Shown: one piece after another, positions 36,358 to 43,548 of the stretch | Layout: each line of letters begins with the position of its first letter | How positions within the stretch are numbered: the first letter of the stretch is position 1 | Assembly: GCF_006345805.1 (NCBI RefSeq) | Contig: NW_021834653.1 | Span: 1 to 43,548 of the forward strand | Direction: 5' to 3' | From: Octopus sinensis | Lineage: Eukaryota | Length of the DNA stretch: 43,548 nucleotides | Position numbers and translations under genes: made by a program | Notes under the pieces: generated by a model | What the model saw: the letters and a program-made list of their open reading frames with translations, nothing else | Databases searched by the model: none | What the model was told of the DNA's origin: nothing

Positions 36358-36760
36358 TTACTTACTTGTACTTGTGGCGAGATTCACCTAAGCGGGTTGA
36401 GTCGGCTTCTTCTACCACCCTCGAGGCATCTCGAACCATGGCAGTGGAAGAAGTTTCGTGGGAATATTATTTTCACAAGCGGTCCCCCAAAATCCCGCAT
36501 GTAGAGACATCCTGTTTGCCGCAGATTGTCCGCAGACGCAGGGACACAATGACCGAGGAGCCGCCGGTTGCCGAAACAGACACTCCGAGGATTTTCACCA
36601 GAGCCCCGTCTGCCGGGTTGTGGCCATAATACCACTCGGTGTCAGACCAATTCGCCTTGGGTGGCCCTACCAGGAAACGAAGTTCCCGACGGCACAGCTC
36701 TGACACTACCCGTTGCCAGCGTCCCCACCACGGTGAGGAGGGGATGAACTCGTCTATTAC
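36358..36760 (-). mobile_element. Probable internally deleted (bipartite) RTE LINE derivative
   Basis: A GC-rich 5' part resembling RTE leader sequence (WQRVVSELCRRELRFLVGPPKANWS) is joined to an RTE-type 3' end (MVRDASRVVEEADSTR..CCACAAGTACAAGTAAGTAAG). Confidence 0.65.
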
Positions 36761-37724
36761 AAATCAAAAACATATACTGCAAAGGGAGAGAAATACGATC
36801 TGCTTCAATTCTCCTGTTCAGCAAGGACTTTGTAAGCTGTTCACTTCATATGATCCTTGTTTTCAGTTATATTCTTCTGCGTGATATCTTGAGCAAGTTT
36901 CTTCATTTATTAAAGCCACCAATCGACCAGAGACGTGTGAAAGATATATGGCAGACAGAAACACTGTCAAAGTCAGTCTGAAGAATTGTTCTTGTTGTTA
37001 GGGTGTTCACTTAATTCGCCACCCAGTGTAACAAGACTATTTTGAGTACTGTTAGCAGAGTCTAACACCTTGTTTCAAACGTTCGAGTTATATCTCCAGT
37101 TTGAAGACAACTTCACCTTCATCTCCTAATGAAGTCAGAGGCCCTGAAAATTGTCATATTTGTAAGCTTTCCGCTTTTGACTACACCTTTTTAAAAGCGT
37201 TTACATATTTGGTATTTAATAGAGAAAACAAATGTTCAGTCTGGCAAACAAATTTCATCTAGAAAACTGAAATAACAGAATAAAATCAAAGAAGAGACAA
37301 CGGACGAAAAATCTCCACGATGTATCCACCATTGATAGCCAACATTGCGTAGAGTTGCTTTGGTGACCAGTTGGTGCTGACGTCATTGGGTACCGGTCTT
37401 TCGCAGAGCAGATAAATAGATATTTTCGTACGTAAATTAAAACAGTGATGTGAAAATAGACTTAAATTAAAGGAAACGTGAGAGAGAGAGAGAGAGAGAG
37501 AAGAAACAAGAATTTGTTTTCTTTAATAGGGGGAGGGTGGAAAATGGAACTGTGGTAGTTTAAAAAAAATTAATCTAATACTTTTTATTACAAGGAAGTT
37601 ATTCTTTATTTATCTTATTTCTTGCTCTTCTTTTTCTTTTCATTTCTTTTCATTATTATAGAGCGTCGGAGAAAATACCTTGTGGTATTTATTCCCTCTC
37701 TTTACGTAATGAGTGTTAATTTGC

Positions 37725-37940
37725 ATGGCTTAGTGGTTAGAGTACCTGGCTCACGATCGTTAGGTCGTGAGCTCGATTCCTGGAGACACATTGATATACT
37801 TTATTTTATGTAGGCCCAGTTCGCCGAGGATGAAAGTCAAAGCCGACGTCGGCGGAATTTGAACTCAGAACGTGAAAACGGACGAAATACTGCAAAGCAT
37901 TCAGCCCGGCGTGCTAACGATTCTGCCAGCTCGCTGCCCT
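37725..37940. mobile_element. SINE head (plus, ~37725-37787) and family C SINE (minus, ~37815-37940)
   Basis: GCATGGCTTAGTGGTTAG..CTCGATTCC, and GGCGGAATTTGAACTCAGAAC..GGCGTGCTAACGATTCTGCCAGCTCGC. Confidence 0.8.
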
Positions 37941-38228
37941 TACCATCTTAGTAATAATGATTTCTGACTGAAGCACAATTTGAAAGGTTATGAGTTCAAA
38001 TTTTGGCATGGTCATCCTTGCTTTCATCCTTTCAAGTTCGATAAAATATGAACCAGTGTAATCGATAAGCCCATTCTCCACAAAACTTCAAGCTTTGTAC
38101 TCGCAGGCCTCAAGTAATAGCAAGCTGGAAGCTGGGTTCTGAGTGACATTTATGCATAGCAATGTTATATTGTAGAGAATGGCGAACAAAAACTGAGAAT
38201 TAAGACTTCGTGAAAAGTTTGTTACATA

Positions 38229-38394
38229 GGCGCAGGAGTGGCTGTGTGGTAAGTAGTTTGCTTACCAACCACATGGTTCAGTCCCAATGCGTGGCACCTT
38301 GGGCAAGTGTCTTCTACTATAGCCTCGGGCTGACCAAAGCCTTGTGAGTGGATTTGGTAAATGGAAACTGAAAGAAGCCCGTCGTATATATATG

Positions 38395-38448
<54 letters not shown>

Positions 38449-38640
38449 TCCCCCCAACATCGCTTGACAACCGATGCTGCTGTGTTTACGACCCCGTAAC
38501 TTAGCGGTTCGGCAAAAGAGACCGATAGAATAAGTACTAGGCTTACAAAGAATAAGTCCTTGGGTCGATTTGCTCGACTGAAGGCGGTGCTCCAGCATGG
38601 CCGCAGCCAAAATGAGTGAAACAAGTAAAAGAGTAAAAGA
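38229..38640 (+). mobile_element. Family A SINE, full length
   Basis: GGCGCAGGAGTGGCTGTGTGGTAAG through GTAAAAGAGTAAAAGA. Confidence 0.95.
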
Positions 38641-38799
38641 TTATCTGCTCGGAGTTTATTAAAAGTTTCGATAAAAATTGTCAATTCTGTAAGAGCCTAC
38701 AAAAAGGTCTGAGGAACTCTACAGTTGTTTTTATTGTAACTTGAGATAAAAATCAAAGAGAGAGAGAATTTTGGGTATGGTTTGAAAATGCCCTTCCTT

Positions 38800-38839
<40 letters not shown>

Positions 38840-39430
38840 AAAGCAATTAAGATTCAAGTGAGTTCTGTTGAATTCACATGAATGCGGTACTTAACTTAGA
38901 TGCACCAGAAATCTATATGGTATTAACCATAAGATAATGCGGGGTGATTATAAACAAGAAAAAAGCAACAAAAATGGATCAATATTTCGGTACAATTGTT
39001 TCGTACGAAGACCACCTTTATTAAGGCTGCAAATATTGCAGCAAATACAGGTGACCCGTACTCATCAGCCGAAAAAACACCTGAGTTCTCCAAACATCTA
39101 AGGGGGTGAGGCTACACTCCTGAAACATCAGGGATAGTTCTATAAAAATCAGATTTAGATAACAAACTGACTTCCTAAGTTCTTTAATGTTGCACAGTCA
39201 TATAACAGGTTTTAAAAAAGTATTTTAAAAAACCTCTTATTTTCACAGAAAATGAAAATGTAAATATATATATAGATATATATATATATATATATATATA
39301 TCGACTGCTATTTCCAGTAAACATTGGTGCCTTGTTGTACCACTACTCTGTATTTAAACTTCTACATTTATGGTGTTTTTTTTTTACTCGAAAGTAGTAC
39401 ATTTGTATTGCGTGGGCAGTGATTGTATTG

Positions 39431-39768
39431 CAAGAAGCTTTCTTCCGAACCACATGGTTTTGGATTCAGTCCCACTGCGTGGAACCTTGGGCAAGTGTCT
39501 TCTACTATAGCATCGGGCTGACCAAAAACTTGTGAGTGAATTTGGTAGACGGAAACTGAAAGAAGTCCGTCGTATATATATATATATGTATGTATGTATG
39601 TATGCATGTATTTGTGTGCCTGCGTTTGTACCCATCAACACCATCACTTGACAACGAATGCTGGAGTGTTTACGTCTCCGTAACTTAGCAGTTCGGCAAA
39701 AGATATTTCGACTAATAGACCGTGCTCCAGCATGGCCACATTCAAATGACTGAAACATGTAAAAGAGT
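39431..39768 (+). mobile_element. Family A SINE, slightly 5'-truncated
   Basis: Homologous to 38229-38640. Confidence 0.9.
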
Positions 39769-39851
39769 ACAAGTAGTTGTTCTGATTCTTTTATGTTTCC
39801 TGGTGTTTCAACATCGCGTTTCAGAGTAACATTATGTAGTAGTAGTAGTAA

Positions 39852-39893
<42 letters not shown>

Positions 39894-39953
39894 ACTGCTC
39901 CCTCCCCAAAATTTCAGGCCTTGTGCCTGAAATTACTATTGTTATTATTATTA

Positions 39954-40004
<51 letters not shown>

Positions 40005-40044
40005 GTTGTTGTTGTTGCTCTTGTTATTATTATTATTATTATTA

Positions 40045-40319
40045 TATGTTTGACTTTTTATTTATATTTGTACAAGTTGGCTCCAAGTCTCACCCGGAGA
40101 CCTCAAGAGACAACAGGTTGGAAGTTCACGTTGTTGTTATGCCTAGTGTGCCATATATTTGGTTGTTTTTTGTCTTGTACTGGTGAATGTCTAAAAAAAA
40201 AAATGTTTGTTTTAAACCTTGAGATTACATAGAAAGTATTTTGCGTAGGATATGAGCAGTTCCCATGAGCACTATCTTTTGAATTTCTGCCATTTTGGGG
40301 TTTCCTGGTATCTGAGTTA

Positions 40320-40320
<1 letters not shown>
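40045..40320 (-). mobile_element. R4/Dong-like LINE 3' end inserted in a (TAA)n tract
   Basis: Intact ORF end LTQIPGNPKMAEIQKIVLMGTAHILRKILSM* (40320-40225) plus 3' UTR, with (ATT)n on both sides. Confidence 0.85.
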
Positions 40321-40396
<76 letters not shown>

Positions 40397-40425
40397 CATT
40401 ATTATTATTATTATTATTGTTATCC

Positions 40426-40471
<46 letters not shown>

Positions 40472-40509
40472 CATTATTATTATCATTATTATTATTATCA
40501 TTATTATTA

Positions 40510-40543
<34 letters not shown>

Positions 40544-40545
40544 CA

Positions 40546-40755
40546 AGGCTGTGAGCTGGCAGAATTGTTATAACATCTGGCAAAATGTTTAGCAGTATAT
40601 CGTCCGTCTTTACGTTCTGGGTTCAAATTCCGCCAAGGTCGTCTTTGACTTTCATCGTTTCGGGGTCCATGAAAGAATTACCAGTTACACACTGGAGACC
40701 ATGTAATTGACTAGTCCAGTTCCCCAAAATCCCAGGTGTTGTACCTAGAGTAGAA
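40546..40755 (+). mobile_element. Family C-type SINE, diverged
   Basis: GGCTGTGAGCTGGCAGAAT..GTTCAAATTCCGCCAAGGTCGTCTTTGACTTTCATC. Confidence 0.85.
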
Positions 40756-40992
40756 AAAATTATTATCAATGCTGGTTGTGTTGTTGTTGTTGTTATTGTT
40801 ATTCTTTGATTAATACTCAGCTTCTTTTGCTGGATATCATGGAAAGTGTCAGGTGCCCACAGCCAGCAGACTAAGGTGACACTTGTTCGCTGATTATGCT
40901 TCAAGAACCCAGCAGATGTCTCTTGCAGTTCCAAGCAATGATTGGTATTCGGAGGTGTTCTACCTTTACATTTGCACTATCTTCTTTATTAC

Positions 40993-41026
<34 letters not shown>

Positions 41027-41464
41027 TTTGTTTTGTTTTTGTTGTTGTTGTTTGTTGAGGCAGCAGCAGCAACAGATTTGTCAACCATTGGTTCCAATGA
41101 AGCGTTGTGTCTCGCATTCCGTGTTTATGTCATCACATCTTGGTTATTTAATTTCAAACATAATTATACTTCACAAATGAATATTGGACAGCCTAGCATG
41201 GTTTAACACTCTTTAACACGCTTCAGCTAATAATTCAGGACGTCTATTTATAACCTATGTATTCAATGGGTTTTGTAACATAGATAAATGTAAGCTCGAT
41301 TGAATTGTGCGCTGAAAAAAACAACCTCAGAATCAGAAAACGTGAAAATTAGAGACGCGACTTGCGAATAATTCAGCTGAAAATGAATTTTATGATAAAC
41401 AAGTAAAGAAACAACTTAAAGAGTTTGCCTGTGTGTATGTGTTGGTGTGTGTGTATATATATAA

Positions 41465-41508
<44 letters not shown>

Positions 41509-41512
<4 letters not shown>

Positions 41513-43480
41513 ATTGAAGAAAGGAGCTGAACGAAGATTGAACAGAAATCGTTTTATTTCATTCTACACTGTTTTCGAAGGCACAATTTACCAAATCCGA
41601 TTGAATAATGAGACCATATTGTGTCTTTCTCTTCAGGAAGAAATAGGAAATCCGTTGGAAAAAACAAAAACAGAACAGTTAACTCGCATAAAGTTAGGAT
41701 AGCTTTCTCCACCAACTAAAACCTCGCCCAGATAATCGCCTCCCATAATAATAGGCTACTTACTAAGACCCTGTCACCTTTTTCCGGAGGCACAGCCTCT
41801 TCCGCTCCCGGTTAAAGATGCTCAGTAGGATAATTATAGTAGTAATAATGATATGAGAGCCAGTACAGTGACACATAATCTCAGCTCCAGCCAGGGAGTA
41901 CCCACTAGGGGTATAGTTATAAATAGGGGTGTTGTGGGTTTGACGGTAACAATGGGAGTAGGTAGAGAGCCCAATAGCAACCCCAGCATCATTTCCCGCA
42001 TAGCAGCACACGGGCACTAGCAATGACAGCACTCTGATAGATATGGAGAATCAGGTTATTCCTATAGTTAATAGTGACCGTAGTGGAAAATAGAGTAGTA
42101 AGCGGCTGCAGTTCTCGGAACGAATATAGTGACAGGAACGCAGTTCTCTAATTTCAGAAACTAATCCTAGCAGATAAGATTCACGTCGGCGAACTCCAAG
42201 ATCAAAAACGCCTCTACCAATGCAAGGTTACACGGACTCAGATGTCTACACTTATGTAGGGGGCCTCATCGTCAAGATTGGCTTGCGAGTCTCCAACCAT
42301 TACGCAACTTTCGGGACATGAACAAGCGCCAGACCCACGGGACTCAGCAAGCTAATATGGCGATTGAAGGATACGAACTCAAGCTACAGGCTGGAATGGT
42401 CAGTTTTGTCGGTGGCCCTCCCATTTGATAGGGCAGAAGGCAGTGCAACCTTTGTGTCTCCGAACTCTTCATATGTTGTTTTCCAGAGCCGGATGGTAAA
42501 CGGGCTTTTACAGTCGGCTTTTCGATGCCCCCATTGGCGGCGTTACACTTATCTGGCTTTTAATAGCGGTTTATAAATAATACCTGCACCCTAGCCCTTG
42601 ATAACAAATTCTGAAATAGCCTTTAAGATAATTACGATTAACCACTGCAAGGGGAATACTCCTGTAAGATAAACGGGGCTTGGTTTTTTGACAACGGGGG
42701 TTACCTGAAAGGCAGGTTCAGACGAACACACACACACATAAAACATAATATATTTTTTTCTGCCACCAACGGTTCTTACTGCAGTAGCCATTGTGTAGAG
42801 CGGTTTAAACCACTGACAGCCGAGCGATCAAACGCACACACGGACACAAAAAATGTTTTCTGCCCTTGACGGAGGTCTTGCCAACCTACGCCAGCACACA
42901 CATATATAGAACAGTATACACACACATGTCTCTAATAGATTTTTTCTCGCCCCTTATAAAACATCCATATTCCTTAAATAGTCATAACTTTATTTCGGTC
43001 GGTCACAAAGAACATCTACACACCCTCATCCACATGAATGACCGCTGCCTGACCCGTTAAATTCTTCAGCCACCGGTTCTCACATACACTGATAACATTT
43101 TTGCCATGGGCTCTTAGGAGCCTAGTTCGATTTGTTTTGCTCCGCCTCTGTTCTGTTTTTGTTTTTTCCAACGGATTTCCTATTTCTTCCTGAAGAGAAA
43201 GACACAATATGGTCTCATTATTCAATCGGATTTTGGTAAATTGTGCCTTTCGAAACACGTGTAGAATGAAATAAAACGATTTCTTTCATCTTCGTTCAGC
43301 TCCATTTCTTCAATTCACCAAAAATATTTTAATTTCAAGTATCCGCACCAACGCACGGTTGCAACACCATATGGTTGTACCTCCAACCGTACTGTCTTCT
43401 GCTGTGATTTTGCTACCAAGGTATCGGTTAAACTTTTGATTAATCTGCTACAAGATTATTCATCTTTCTTTTTCACATAA
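41509..43480 (+). mobile_element. Penelope-like element, 5'-truncated, with an inverted partial terminal repeat
   Basis: 41509-41678 is the reverse complement of 43148-43318. The body encodes a decayed linker (NSHKVRIAFSTN*NLAQIIASH) and GIY-YIG domain (LYQCKVT..YTYVG..NHYATFRD..GLSKLIWRLKD..CNLC). (TA)n on both flanks. Confidence 0.88.
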
Positions 43481-43482
43481 TA

Positions 43483-43548
<66 letters not shown>

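Noticed and set aside
1143-38640. tRNA-like sequences as tRNA genes
   Set aside because: They are SINE heads that continue into core and tail modules and lack a complete cloverleaf.
40883-41206. 107-aa ORF with hydrophobic stretches
   Set aside because: The hydrophobicity comes from (CAG)/(TAG)/(GTT) repeats, and there is no recognisable domain.
42596-42625. Possible decayed hammerhead just after the PLE ORF (TTGATAA..GAAA)
   Set aside because: Two core mismatches and no stem II pairing; only its position is suggestive.

Overview
Eukaryotic, AT-rich, very repeat-dense genomic DNA. The SINE families, LINE remnants and long microsatellites match what I recall from octopus (coleoid cephalopod) genomes; this is an inference, not a search result. 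No complete host protein-coding gene, RNA gene or CRISPR array is supportable, and nearly all supplied ORFs are microsatellite or transposon artefacts. The window holds: many tRNA-derived SINEs that appear to swap cores and 3' tails; decayed RTE, CR1 and R4/Dong-like LINEs; a 3'-truncated Gypsy element plus two other LTRs; Tc1/mariner remnants; a Merlin-like MITE containing telomeric repeats; non-autonomous Helitrons; and several Penelope-like element (PLE) pieces. The most unusual items are a near-perfect 303-bp fold-back at 20816-21118, whose arms are chains of small hairpins and whose junction looks like half a hammerhead ribozyme; a PLE with an inverted terminal segment of the same architecture (41509-43480); and a near-complete minimal hammerhead motif at about 25153-25190. 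A few weak candidate host exons are listed at low confidence. Coordinates were counted by eye, and element boundaries may be off by a few bases.
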